From the sequence record MT446412.1: a stretch of DNA of 64,000 nt, one strand, 5' to 3'. The position numbers were made by a program, and so were the translations under genes. This document shows positions 45,995 through 54,236 of the stretch, piece after piece. A model generated the notes under the pieces. It was not told the origin of the DNA and made no database searches. It worked only from the letters and a program-made list of their open reading frames with translations. Each line of letters starts with the position of its first letter. The stretch's first letter is position 1. Source of the stretch: Escherichia virus TH41.

Positions 45995-46270
45995 ATGGAA
46001 CACGTTACTACTCACAACATCAAACAAATTCTTATCCAAGCACTCAAAAACAACAACATCAATTTTCCAACCCATGAAATTTTTGATGTAGCATTCAACG
46101 AAGTCCAGGGTCAAGTTGCATATTATGACGTTATCGTTTATCTTTCAGAATTTGAAGTCTACCACCTGACTGAAATTGCTTTCTATCTCTATCGTGGGAC
46201 TGCAGATTTTACTGGGGTCGTGAATGCAGTTGGCGCATATAAAGAAGTTAAAGAACAAATGCACAATTAA
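45995..46270 (+). CDS. Hypothetical protein (91 aa)
   Basis: ATG in frame within track ORF 45905..46270. Confidence 0.5.
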   Translation: MEHVTTHNIKQILIQALKNNNINFPTHEIFDVAFNEVQGQVAYYDVIVYLSEFEVYHLTEIAFYLYRGTADFTGVVNAVGAYKEVKEQMHN

Positions 46271-46280
46271 TTAAAAAGTA

Positions 46281-46310
46281 GTGTACATCAGTATGGAGTC
46301 TATGTATAAT
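46281..46310 (+). promoter_or_regulatory. Early promoter GTGTAC-N18-TATAAT
   Basis: Preceded by AAAAAGTA; followed by GATTCCATACTGAGTTACC; ATG 46345. Confidence 0.6.
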
Positions 46311-46344
46311 GATTCCATACTGAGTTACCAAACTGGAGAATAAA

Positions 46345-46500
46345 ATGAAACCTGCTCAATATGCAATGACTTTATACCTTGAAGTTAATGGCGATATTAC
46401 TGAATTTTTTAAATTAATGCAACAGCGCGGAAAAAGTTTTGCAGTTACTGAGCGTCAATTTTACGCTTGCCGTAAAAATACATACAATCGTTATGCGTGA
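46345..46500 (+). CDS. Hypothetical protein (51 aa)
   Basis: ATG after promoter and GGAGAATAAA; under track cutoff. Confidence 0.4.
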   Translation: MKPAQYAMTLYLEVNGDITEFFKLMQQRGKSFAVTERQFYACRKNTYNRYA

Positions 46501-46510
46501 GGAAAACAGA

Positions 46511-46777
46511 ATGGATATTAAATTATACTACGCCAAACACAAAGTTACAGGTATGGTTGTTGCTGCTATGTATGATGCGTCAGGTGATGGTGATGATATT
46601 ACTACAGAATTGTCTCTTTCTGAATGTAAATTTCTTCGCCCGCTAGTTGCCTCAAAGCGTGATTTAAAAAAGCTTATTGATGGAAAACTGGATAATGTTG
46701 ATGGCATAGATATTCTTTATGACCTTCGCACCGCATTGCACAGGGGTCTGATTGAAATAAAAGAGGTGATATTTTGA
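46511..46777 (+). CDS. Hypothetical protein (88 aa)
   Basis: ATG preceded by GAGGAAAACAGA; track start 46439 is upstream. Confidence 0.5.
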   Translation: MDIKLYYAKHKVTGMVVAAMYDASGDGDDITTELSLSECKFLRPLVASKRDLKKLIDGKLDNVDGIDILYDLRTALHRGLIEIKEVIF

Positions 46778-46867
46778 GCAGCAAAACCTGGTGTCTTATC
46801 TGGATGTTGTGTATCCCAGTAATTTGCGTTTGTTTTAGTTTATTATTAATGAAACTTGCATAAAAGA

Positions 46868-46896
46868 GTGTACATCTCCGGTGGTTGTAGTATAAT
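46868..46896 (+). promoter_or_regulatory. Early promoter GTGTAC-N17-TATAAT
   Basis: Leader CTATCAACTACTGGAGATGATT; ATG 46923. Confidence 0.55.
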
Positions 46897-46922
46897 GAAC
46901 CTATCAACTACTGGAGATGATT

Positions 46923-47039
46923 ATGAAAAAGTTACTTAAAGCCATTTGGAACATGTTTGTACTGTTTGTTGTCCTGAGCATTTTCCCAATTGTTTTTATG
47001 ATTGACCATGTACGCGTTTACTTTAACTATTTCTTTTGA
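46923..47039 (+). CDS. Hypothetical small membrane peptide (38 aa)
   Basis: Follows promoter and GGAG; hydrophobic; very short. Confidence 0.3.
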   Translation: MKKLLKAIWNMFVLFVVLSIFPIVFMIDHVRVYFNYFF

Positions 47040-47049
47040 GGATAATATT

Positions 47050-47256
47050 ATGAATTACAATTCACAATTTCAGAAATCTAATCGTCGCTTTGACTTTATG
47101 TTCAAGTTTATTGTGGCAATGATTATCCTGATTTTCATTGGTGCCATTGCAATGATTGGTTTCCAGCTCTGGATTGCTGCTGAAGTGTTCACACAAATCC
47201 AGGATAATGGTTTGAAGTCTGTTGTTGATGTAATTTGGAATGGTGCTAAGCAATGA
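47050..47256 (+). CDS. Hypothetical membrane protein (68 aa)
   Basis: ATG preceded by GAGGATAATATT; hydrophobic core. Confidence 0.45.
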   Translation: MNYNSQFQKSNRRFDFMFKFIVAMIILIFIGAIAMIGFQLWIAAEVFTQIQDNGLKSVVDVIWNGAKQ

Positions 47257-47498
47257 AACTTTTTAAAGACATTGCAGTTGGTGAAAAATTTGTCCTGGGT
47301 AATGGTCAACAACTGATTCGCATTTCGCCTTTAATGGATAACAGTGAGCGCCCTGTGCGTACTGAAAACTGTTTGGATTATCCTTTTTATCAGAAACGTT
47401 TTGCAATTGAAAATAATACTGAGTGCTTCACAGTTGATGAACTGATGGAATCATCAGAAGAAGTTGACTTGTGGGATGGCGCGGTAGATGTAGAATAG
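47253..47498 (+). CDS. Hypothetical protein (81 aa)
   Basis: ORF track; ATGA overlap. Confidence 0.5.
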   Translation: MKLFKDIAVGEKFVLGNGQQLIRISPLMDNSERPVRTENCLDYPFYQKRFAIENNTECFTVDELMESSEEVDLWDGAVDVE

Positions 47499-47527
47499 TG
47501 TACAAACTCATGGGAGCAGAGTATAAT
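47498..47527 (+). promoter_or_regulatory. Early promoter GTGTAC-N18-TATAAT with -10 flanked by imperfect inverted repeat
   Basis: Near-identical to cassettes at 36882 and 47910; ATG 47566. Confidence 0.6.
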
Positions 47528-47565
47528 GTTCCCGTGGATAATAAAATTTAATTGAGGAAAATATT

Positions 47566-47910
47566 ATGTCTAAAGTATTTTTTGGTAATCGCAACATTAT
47601 GTTCTTTAAACAGATTAGCATATCAGAAGCATTTGATTTAAGTTATTCAGGTGGTACAAAAGCTGTTAACCTTAAAAATTTGATGTCTGCAGAATTTGCA
47701 TTCTATCAGGACCCTGAAACTGGTTTCTATAAATTTATTAAGTTCCGCATGACTATGGACCGCGATTATCGCGATGTTTATTATACAAGTTATGAAAGTG
47801 TTGTGAATGCAATTCGTGAAGCTTATGGGTTGGATTCGTTGTCTCTTGACCGTCTGTATAATGCAAGCCTTTACACCAGTGGATTTATTTTAGAACAACT
47901 ACAAAAATAG
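47566..47910 (+). CDS. Hypothetical protein (114 aa)
   Basis: ATG preceded by GAGGAAAATATT. Confidence 0.55.
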   Translation: MSKVFFGNRNIMFFKQISISEAFDLSYSGGTKAVNLKNLMSAEFAFYQDPETGFYKFIKFRMTMDRDYRDVYYTSYESVVNAIREAYGLDSLSLDRLYNASLYTSGFILEQLQK

Positions 47911-47939
47911 TGTACAAACTCTTGGGGTCAGAGTATAAT
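47910..47939 (+). promoter_or_regulatory. Early promoter GTGTAC-N18-TATAAT with -10 inside perfect 8-bp inverted repeat TGGGGTCA/TGACCCCA
   Basis: Read directly; ATG 47984. Confidence 0.6.
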
Positions 47940-47983
47940 GACCCCACTGGAGCACAAAACTTTAACTTACTGAGGAAATTAAT

Positions 47984-48433
47984 ATGACTACTTACATGAC
48001 CCGTCGTGACGTACTGAATGCTGGTGCTACCACTGTTGCTTATATCCATAATGGTAATTATGTTGCCGGTCGCCCAACTAAAGAAGCTATCGCTCAACCA
48101 GGTTTTTATTTCGTGGTTAAAGGTGAAGGCGAATCACGTATTGTTGCTGCACGTTTTTATGTTGGTAACCAACGTTCACAACAAGGGTTTGACACTGTAT
48201 TAAGTCACATCCGCAAACAACGTTCACAATTGTCTCGCACAATGGCGAACAATGGTGTTATCTATGAAGTCCTGTTTGTTCCAGTTTCTAAAATGAAACC
48301 CCTGACAACTGGTTATGGTAAAGGTCAAATTGCGATGGCGTTCACTCGCTCACATAGTTCTGATTGCCAGACCCTTTCAGAAATGAATCGCATGCTTGCT
48401 GATAACTTTAAATTCATTCTGCAGAGCTATTAA
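47984..48433 (+). CDS. ndd: Nucleoid disruption protein Ndd
   Basis: 149 aa; blocks [52 protein letters not shown] match remembered T4 Ndd. Confidence 0.82.
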   Translation: MTTYMTRRDVLNAGATTVAYIHNGNYVAGRPTKEAIAQPGFYFVVKGEGESRIVAARFYVGNQRSQQGFDTVLSHIRKQRSQLSRTMANNGVIYEVLFVPVSKMKPLTTGYGKGQIAMAFTRSHSSDCQTLSEMNRMLADNFKFILQSY

Positions 48434-48434
48434 T

Positions 48435-48608
48435 ATGAGACATTTCTTTACAATGGGTTACCTATTTGTTTTAGCCCTATTTGTTATTACAGGAGCCTTT
48501 ATAGCCTTTGGTGCTCCATTTAATGATAAAGTTGCTGTTACTATGTGCTTTAGTGGTGGGTATATCTGTTTTGAACGCTTATGCAAAATGTGTGGTATAT
48601 ATGAGTAA
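48435..48608 (+). CDS. Hypothetical small membrane protein (57 aa)
   Basis: ATG 2 nt after ndd stop; hydrophobic. Confidence 0.35.
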   Translation: MRHFFTMGYLFVLALFVITGAFIAFGAPFNDKVAVTMCFSGGYICFERLCKMCGIYE

Positions 48609-48688
48609 TTTCCATAACGAACATGTGATGCAATGGCATCGTCATAATCTGAAATTAACCGGCGTCTTCGGACGTCCTTGAGGAAAAT

Positions 48689-48844
48689 ATGAATAAATTT
48701 GTTCATGGTGTAGCTTTTTTCTGCTGGTCATTTTTATTTGTTGGAACATTAATAACTGGTGAAACTTCAGTATTTCTGCAGTCAACAGCTCAAGGTGTAT
48801 TAGCAGTTTTATCACTATTTAAATTATTGGATAAAAATGATTAA
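48689..48844 (+). CDS. Small membrane protein (51 aa), Ac-like by size and position
   Basis: ATG preceded by GAGGAAAAT; hydrophobic; upstream of gene 52 where T4 has ac. Confidence 0.35.
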   Translation: MNKFVHGVAFFCWSFLFVGTLITGETSVFLQSTAQGVLAVLSLFKLLDKND

Positions 48845-48977
48845 GAAAATCCTGGGCTACTCGTTAGCCCTTGCTGCCTTATTGGTGGCGCTGTATTATG
48901 GAGTTGTATTTGCATTAGTGCAGGTTGTGCTTTTTATTTCTGATGCTATAATGGCAGTACATTCGTTAATCTGGTAA
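48837..48977 (+). CDS. Hypothetical small membrane peptide (46 aa)
   Basis: Overlapping start; hydrophobic; directly upstream of gene 52. Confidence 0.3.
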   Translation: MIKKILGYSLALAALLVALYYGVVFALVQVVLFISDAIMAVHSLIW

Positions 48978-48985
48978 GGTGATAT

Positions 48986-50365
48986 ATGTCTGACGTTTTA
49001 AGTATGATGTCCAAACAGTTCAGTGATTCTATGGGGACCCTTAACCCACGCAGTCTAAAAGACATTATTGACGTGGAAGCATTGTCATATGCTATCTACA
49101 CTGTGGAAGGTCGTGCCATTCCAAACATGATTGATGGTTTTAAACCAGTTCACAGATTTGTTATGGCGAGAGCATTAGACCTGGCTCGTGGTGATAAGAA
49201 TAAATTCCATAAGGTTGCATCCATTGCAGGTGGCGTAGCTGATTATGGTTATCACCATGGCGAAGCATCAGCGGAAGAAGCAACTTCTGGTTTGGTCGCA
49301 ACATATAAAAATGAATATCCTATGTTTGATGGGCAAGGTAACTTTGGTTCCAGAATGGTTCCAGAAGCATCATCAGCTCGTTATGTATTCGCAAGGGTTT
49401 CAAAGAACTTTTACAACTTGTTTAAGGATACAGAATATGCTCCGGTCCATCCTGATGAAGAACATAAGCCTCCTGCTTTTTATCTTCCTGTTATTCCTAC
49501 TGTATTACTTAACGCCACTTCTGGGATTGCTGTTGGCTTCGCTACTGATATCCTTCCTCATTCGTTCCAGGACGTCAAGGAAGCTGTTAAAGCTATCGTG
49601 GAAGGTCGTGAGCCGGTTGCTCCGAAAGTAAAATATCCAGAATTCCGTGGTAAAGTTGTTGAGCTGGAAGAGCCTGGTAAGTATGAACTTCACGGCACAT
49701 ACAAAATGACCTCAAGGACTCAAATGGAAATTACTGAAATCCCGGTCCAATGGAACCTGGAAAAATATACAAGTAAAATCCTGGACCCACTGGAAGAGAA
49801 AGGTTTTATCACCTGGAAAGATAACTGCGGCGAGCATGGTTTTGGGTTTAAGATTAAATTCCGCAAAGAATACAAGTTGGATGGCACTGAAGAAGAGAAT
49901 CATGAGAAAATCATGAAAGACTTTGGTCTGATTGAGAAACTCTCCCAGAACTTAACTGTGCTTAATCACAAAGGCAAATTAGCTGAATACACCAACACGC
50001 TTGACCTGATTCGCGATTTCGTTGATGTCCGTAAGACCTATGTTCAAGTGCGAATTGACAGTAAGATTAAAGAAACTGAAGCGGCATTTAAACTGGCCCG
50101 GGCAAAAGTCTTCTTTATTAAAGAAGTGATTGATGGTAAGGTTGTTATCCAGGGGAAACCTCGTAAGAAGTTGATTGAGGAACTCCAGGCGAGTGAAATA
50201 TATGGCGATTATGCAGAGAAGTTAGTGGCGATGAACATCTACCATATGACCTCTGATGAAGCCAAGAAGCTTGCAGACGAAGCAAAGGCTAAGAAAGCTG
50301 AGCATGAGTACTGGAAGACAACTGATGTTAAAACTGAATACCTTAATGATTTGGAGGCTCTATGA
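48986..50365 (+). CDS. 52: DNA topoisomerase II medium subunit gp52 (GyrA-like)
   Basis: 459 aa; RAIPNMIDGFKPVHRFVM breakage-reunion motif. Confidence 0.92.
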   Translation: MSDVLSMMSKQFSDSMGTLNPRSLKDIIDVEALSYAIYTVEGRAIPNMIDGFKPVHRFVMARALDLARGDKNKFHKVASIAGGVADYGYHHGEASAEEATSGLVATYKNEYPMFDGQGNFGSRMVPEASSARYVFARVSKNFYNLFKDTEYAPVHPDEEHKPPAFYLPVIPTVLLNATSGIAVGFATDILPHSFQDVKEAVKAIVEGREPVAPKVKYPEFRGKVVELEEPGKYELHGTYKMTSRTQMEITEIPVQWNLEKYTSKILDPLEEKGFITWKDNCGEHGFGFKIKFRKEYKLDGTEEENHEKIMKDFGLIEKLSQNLTVLNHKGKLAEYTNTLDLIRDFVDVRKTYVQVRIDSKIKETEAAFKLARAKVFFIKEVIDGKVVIQGKPRKKLIEELQASEIYGDYAEKLVAMNIYHMTSDEAKKLADEAKAKKAEHEYWKTTDVKTEYLNDLEAL

Positions 50366-50457
50366 GTTTTGGAGTTGAGTTTGCATTGCTTTGTATTTTT
50401 GCGGCAATCGCAGGTGTGATTGTTGGTATGTTTATTGGCAATAAGATAGATAAAGAC

Positions 50458-50480
50458 TAGGACCCTTCGGGGTCCTTTTT
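50458..50480 (+). terminator. Rho-independent terminator (GGACCC-TTCG-GGGTCC + T5)
   Basis: 6-bp stem, UUCG loop, T-run. Confidence 0.75.
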
Positions 50481-50494
50481 ATTTTAAAAAAGTA

Positions 50495-50524
50495 GTGTAC
50501 AAGTCCCTTGACCTGATGCATAAT
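50495..50524 (+). promoter_or_regulatory. Early promoter GTGTAC-N18-CATAAT
   Basis: Preceded by AAAAAAGTA; followed by GATTCCATACTGAGTTACAC; ATG 50574. Confidence 0.6.
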
Positions 50525-50573
50525 GATTCCATACTGAGTTACACAATGAATCACAAAAACTTTGGAGAATAAA

Positions 50574-50789
50574 ATGTTTACTGCACAACAGAATGAAGGT
50601 CAAGAATACATTAACGCTAAATTCAAATCTAATAAAGAAGCTTGCTATTACTACTTTGACATGTTCAAACTGGCAAACTCTAAAGAAGAACGTAAACAAG
50701 CGATTGATGTGATTGTTTCTACTTCCCATATGAAACGTACTGTGGTACAATCATATGCATCAAATTATATGAAATCTATTAAGGGATAA
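50574..50789 (+). CDS. Hypothetical protein (71 aa)
   Basis: ATG preceded by GGAGAATAAA. Confidence 0.5.
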   Translation: MFTAQQNEGQEYINAKFKSNKEACYYYFDMFKLANSKEERKQAIDVIVSTSHMKRTVVQSYASNYMKSIKG

Positions 50790-50791
50790 TT

Positions 50792-51400
50792 GTGAACAAG
50801 TTAAATTATATCGTTAAATGCTCCCAGAATGCTCTACATGAGACTGATGTTAATGCTCTGGTGTTTGTATACAAAAACAACTTCGTGCGTCCTGAGGTTG
50901 TTTTAGGCCAGCAGAACACGTCAATTGATAGCGTGCAGACATTGTTGAATAACAACTATGTTGAAGCTTCTGGTGATGGTTTGATGGTTACAGAAAAAGG
51001 TGTTGACCTTATTCTGGATGCAGCTGAACTTTGGGCAAATGAAAATAATCCTGACCTTCTGGAAGTGAAGAAGACAAGAACAAAACGCGGTGTGACTGAT
51101 GAAATGGAAGCGACTGCAGAATATATCAAAGAGCAATTGTTGTCTATTGGTATTGACTTTAAGAGCATTTCAGAAGACCGCAGCAATCTGATTGTGAAGT
51201 TCAAGCGTGTCAAGACATTAAAACAGATTGATGTTCGTCGTGATGGTCAGATTCGCGTGCATGCGTATAATACTGAACAAAAGATAGTAAAACAGTTTAC
51301 AGACGTGGGATTTAGCGTTAAAGTAGGTGGATTGAATACCTACATTGACAATCATATGTCAACTGAAAACATTCAACATGTTATTAACATCTTAAAGTGA
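50792..51400 (+). CDS. motA: Middle transcription activator MotA
   Basis: 202 aa, GTG start; blocks SGDGLMVTEKGVDLI and KQFTDVGFSVKV match remembered T4 MotA. Confidence 0.75.
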   Translation: MNKLNYIVKCSQNALHETDVNALVFVYKNNFVRPEVVLGQQNTSIDSVQTLLNNNYVEASGDGLMVTEKGVDLILDAAELWANENNPDLLEVKKTRTKRGVTDEMEATAEYIKEQLLSIGIDFKSISEDRSNLIVKFKRVKTLKQIDVRRDGQIRVHAYNTEQKIVKQFTDVGFSVKVGGLNTYIDNHMSTENIQHVINILK

Positions 51401-51407
51401 GGAAATT

Positions 51408-51740
51408 ATGAATAAGCTGAATATTGTTAATGAATTGCGTGCTTGTGTAGAACCCACTCAAGAGGGTTGGGATGTTTGGTATCATGGCGCTTACCTTGGG
51501 ACTATTGTCAAGGTCAAAGCTGGTCAGTATCTTATCCATCGCCAGGATGATGCAGTAGCTCCATTTGGTGCTCGCAAGAACTTCATGGCGGCGATTGGTG
51601 CCTTTGTTCCAGCAGCATATGAAGTCTATAAAGCTGACTATAAAGAATACCTGGAATCACAACCAGTTATTCGCTCAATTGGTGTTAATAAAGCTCAACA
51701 GAAAAGTCTGTGGCAACGTGTTAAAGGTTGGTTCAAATGA
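51408..51740 (+). CDS. Hypothetical protein (110 aa)
   Basis: ATG preceded by GTGAGGAAATT. Confidence 0.5.
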   Translation: MNKLNIVNELRACVEPTQEGWDVWYHGAYLGTIVKVKAGQYLIHRQDDAVAPFGARKNFMAAIGAFVPAAYEVYKADYKEYLESQPVIRSIGVNKAQQKSLWQRVKGWFK

Positions 51741-52075
51741 TTCCTATGGAACTAAATTGGGATGGCGAAGGTCATTCCCTTAAATTGATTGAAGAACAAC
51801 GTAACGCTTGGGATGAGCGCTGTGCCCTGGTGAATGGTATTAAGAAAACTTATCAACTTAACCTCCAGATTGATAATGTTACTCTTGAATTTGGTATGCA
51901 GCTATTGCGATTTCTTGAGCTTATTTTTACGGAAAAAGTGAATATAACTTCGTATGGCGAAGGCAAAACAGTTGATATTAAATTATCATCCTATTATAAA
52001 GGTGATTTAATTGAAACCGCCGCTAAAATTCAAGAATTCGCTAAAGATAACGGTTATAAGGTGATTTTCAAATGA
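51737..52075 (+). CDS. Hypothetical protein (112 aa)
   Basis: ATGA overlap; track start 51728 is TTG. Confidence 0.5.
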   Translation: MIPMELNWDGEGHSLKLIEEQRNAWDERCALVNGIKKTYQLNLQIDNVTLEFGMQLLRFLELIFTEKVNITSYGEGKTVDIKLSSYYKGDLIETAAKIQEFAKDNGYKVIFK

Positions 52076-52683
52076 ATCCATTAAAAGGTAAAGCGTTATC
52101 CTTTAAAGACCGTATGGCCTTGTTAGATAAAGCTCTTTCTCGGGAGACTCCTGAAAGTCTCGCTGCTAAATTACATGCATACGGTGATTACACCGAATAT
52201 AATGAAGAAGGTAATTGTGAAATGAATCCGTTTATCACTCGTTTAGAAATGTTACCAGCACCAGAATCGCGTGAAACCCCCAAAAGCCTCGCTGAAAAAT
52301 TTAAAGCACATGGATACACATGCGATGAAAAAGATATTCTGGAAGAAGTCCCAGAAATCTGTTGGCAGATTGCACATTGGAATAACAATGAAAAATATCA
52401 GCGACGGATTGTATGTGCCGCCAACCGATTTAAGTTAAAAGATGGTGGGACTCTGGTTATTCCTGGTGCCAGACATTATTCCAAGGATATGGCAGAAGTG
52501 CTTGACCAAGTAAGTGATAAACTTGTGTCAGACCATGTTTGTGGTGTTAATCAAGGATTCATTGACCAGTACAGCAATTACTGGACCCGCGAAGAAGCAA
52601 TGATTATTGCGACTTATGCAAATCAAGTGCGTATTGAACGTGGCGGTAGTGAAAAAGAACTTTATTCAGAGGACCTTTATTAA
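52072..52683 (+). CDS. Hypothetical protein (203 aa) with internal tandem sequence repeat
   Basis: Repeat [15 protein letters not shown] / [15 protein letters not shown]; ATGA overlap. Confidence 0.55.
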   Translation: MNPLKGKALSFKDRMALLDKALSRETPESLAAKLHAYGDYTEYNEEGNCEMNPFITRLEMLPAPESRETPKSLAEKFKAHGYTCDEKDILEEVPEICWQIAHWNNNEKYQRRIVCAANRFKLKDGGTLVIPGARHYSKDMAEVLDQVSDKLVSDHVCGVNQGFIDQYSNYWTREEAMIIATYANQVRIERGGSEKELYSEDLY

Positions 52684-52961
52684 TGAACCTTAAACAACTC
52701 CAGATTGATGCAATCGAAACCCATATCAATCATATCAAACGTCTGAACACTATGATGGAAGACAACTGGGGAACTTATGTTAACCAGCCGGCTTGGGATG
52801 CTTTAGACCATGAATATATAAAGGATATTAGTGATAACACGTATAGAGTTAGAGAAGGTCTGAAACCCTTCCTACGTGATATGTATATTGCAACTAATAA
52901 AGAAATTATCAGTTCTCTTGAATATCAATTAAGGAAATTGCATGAACAATCTGGTAGCTAA
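52683..52961 (+). CDS. Hypothetical protein (92 aa); size and position compatible with T4 arn
   Basis: ORF track; synteny only. Confidence 0.5.
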   Translation: MNLKQLQIDAIETHINHIKRLNTMMEDNWGTYVNQPAWDALDHEYIKDISDNTYRVREGLKPFLRDMYIATNKEIISSLEYQLRKLHEQSGS

Positions 52962-53050
52962 GCACGATTTCAATAAGGCGTCTGTCCATAAGGACAAGAA
53001 GAAAACCAAAATGCAGTCCAAACGTAAGCAGAAGCACAAAGGGAATCATT

Positions 53051-53215
53051 ATGAGCCATAACTTAGAGAACACCATCACCGGTCAACGTACGCACGAGCA
53101 GGCTTGCTTTGAGGAATTCCTTGGAGCTGATTTTAAGTTCCAGGAACCAGTTGAACAGATGTATCAGGAATATGTTGTACAGATGGAAAATCATGTGTAC
53201 AACCCAGAGGAATAA
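53051..53215 (+). CDS. Hypothetical protein (54 aa)
   Basis: ATG preceded by GGGAATCATT; under track cutoff. Confidence 0.35.
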   Translation: MSHNLENTITGQRTHEQACFEEFLGADFKFQEPVEQMYQEYVVQMENHVYNPEE

Positions 53216-53273
53216 TAGTATAATACCCTTACTGAATAATTGAATGTCTTATTGAATACTTGAGTAAATTAAA

Positions 53274-53549
53274 ATGACTAAATTTGAAATCGTTTCTGAA
53301 ATTGTTACTATAACTTCAATTTTGATTAAAACCGACCGGGAAGATATTACGATGAAGCGCGATGTGTTTATCGCGTTTTTGAATGAGTTGGGATTGAGAA
53401 ATGAGAATGGGAATGAGTTAAACAATGTATCGTTTAACAAGTTGTTTAAAAGTTTATCTGAAGATGAAATTGAACAAATTATTGAACAATTTAACGAAGG
53501 ATTCGAAGATATACACCGTTATCTTATGATGTATACCTCCGGATTCTAA
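53274..53549 (+). CDS. asiA: Anti-sigma70 factor AsiA
   Basis: 91 aa; blocks ILIK..REDI, FIAFLNE.G, NEGFE..+RYL.MYT match remembered T4 AsiA; convergent with holin t. Confidence 0.8.
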   Translation: MTKFEIVSEIVTITSILIKTDREDITMKRDVFIAFLNELGLRNENGNELNNVSFNKLFKSLSEDEIEQIIEQFNEGFEDIHRYLMMYTSGF

Positions 53550-54199
53550 CGTGTACGCCCAAGCGTACGACCTGCTTGTCCACACATAGAAGAAAGCCTA
53601 TCAAAACCAAGGTCGGGTTTTTGCTTATACCAGTACAGTGAGACTGTGCCTGCATAAACGTTTTCCAAATTAAAGAATGGGCAGCTGAACATATATGTGA
53701 AGCTGCTTTTTTTCTTTGTTGGTAAGAATACAGATTCCACACTGGATTCAAAATAATTACCATTAACCCCCGCCAAATATTCCGCTGAAGTCTTATCTAT
53801 TGGAAACCCACCTAAATTTTTTTCGTCGACTGTATCAGGCAATATCCCCTCGTAACCCACCATATCCACAAAGTAGTTAAGGTTAGTTGGCCTAAAAGAA
53901 TATATTGCTGTAAAGTCTGCCCCACTTGACGAGTGGACTATCTGGATTTGCTCGATAGCTGCAATTTTAAATCTGTTATCCTGGTCTTGCCTTATCATTT
54001 CAGTGTATGAGGCATATGAAGCATCCCTGTACGCATCTAAAAGTGCATCACCTTTATACCAGATTACCGCCATTAAAAATAATAGAACAATAACTAGTAC
54101 CCGGGAAAAAACAACTTTCCCGGTCGCATTATCTTTAAAAATTCTATCAAGAAGTCCAAAAAGTAGGTCGGGTATTGATATTCCTACTTTTGGTTCCAT
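53546..54199 (-). CDS. t: Holin T
   Basis: 217 aa; single N-terminal TM then large domain; last gene of late block next to asiA as in T4. Confidence 0.75.
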   Translation of the reverse strand: MEPKVGISIPDLLFGLLDRIFKDNATGKVVFSRVLVIVLLFLMAVIWYKGDALLDAYRDASYASYTEMIRQDQDNRFKIAAIEQIQIVHSSSGADFTAIYSFRPTNLNYFVDMVGYEGILPDTVDEKNLGGFPIDKTSAEYLAGVNGNYFESSVESVFLPTKKKSSFTYMFSCPFFNLENVYAGTVSLYWYKQKPDLGFDRLSSMCGQAGRTLGRTR

Positions 54200-54217
54200 A
54201 CTTTTCTCCTTTAAAGA

Positions 54218-54225
54218 TATTTATA
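54218..54225 (-). promoter_or_regulatory. Late promoter TATAAATA upstream of holin t
   Basis: Exact TATAAATA on minus strand about 18 nt upstream of SD AAAGGAG and the ATG. Confidence 0.6.
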
Positions 54226-54236
54226 GCGCTTATGTA

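Noticed and set aside
5662-50524. Possibility that the recurring stem-loop cassettes are a CRISPR array or MITE-like transposon
   Set aside because: Copies are dispersed at gene junctions, not regularly spaced; they lack terminal inverted repeats and target-site duplications, and carry promoter hexamers. A promoter/terminator cassette explanation fits better.
53552-53567. Short palindrome GTACGC-CCAA-GCGTAC at the convergent asiA / holin t junction as a bidirectional terminator
   Set aside because: No flanking U/A tracts and it lies within the holin coding sequence; too weak to call.
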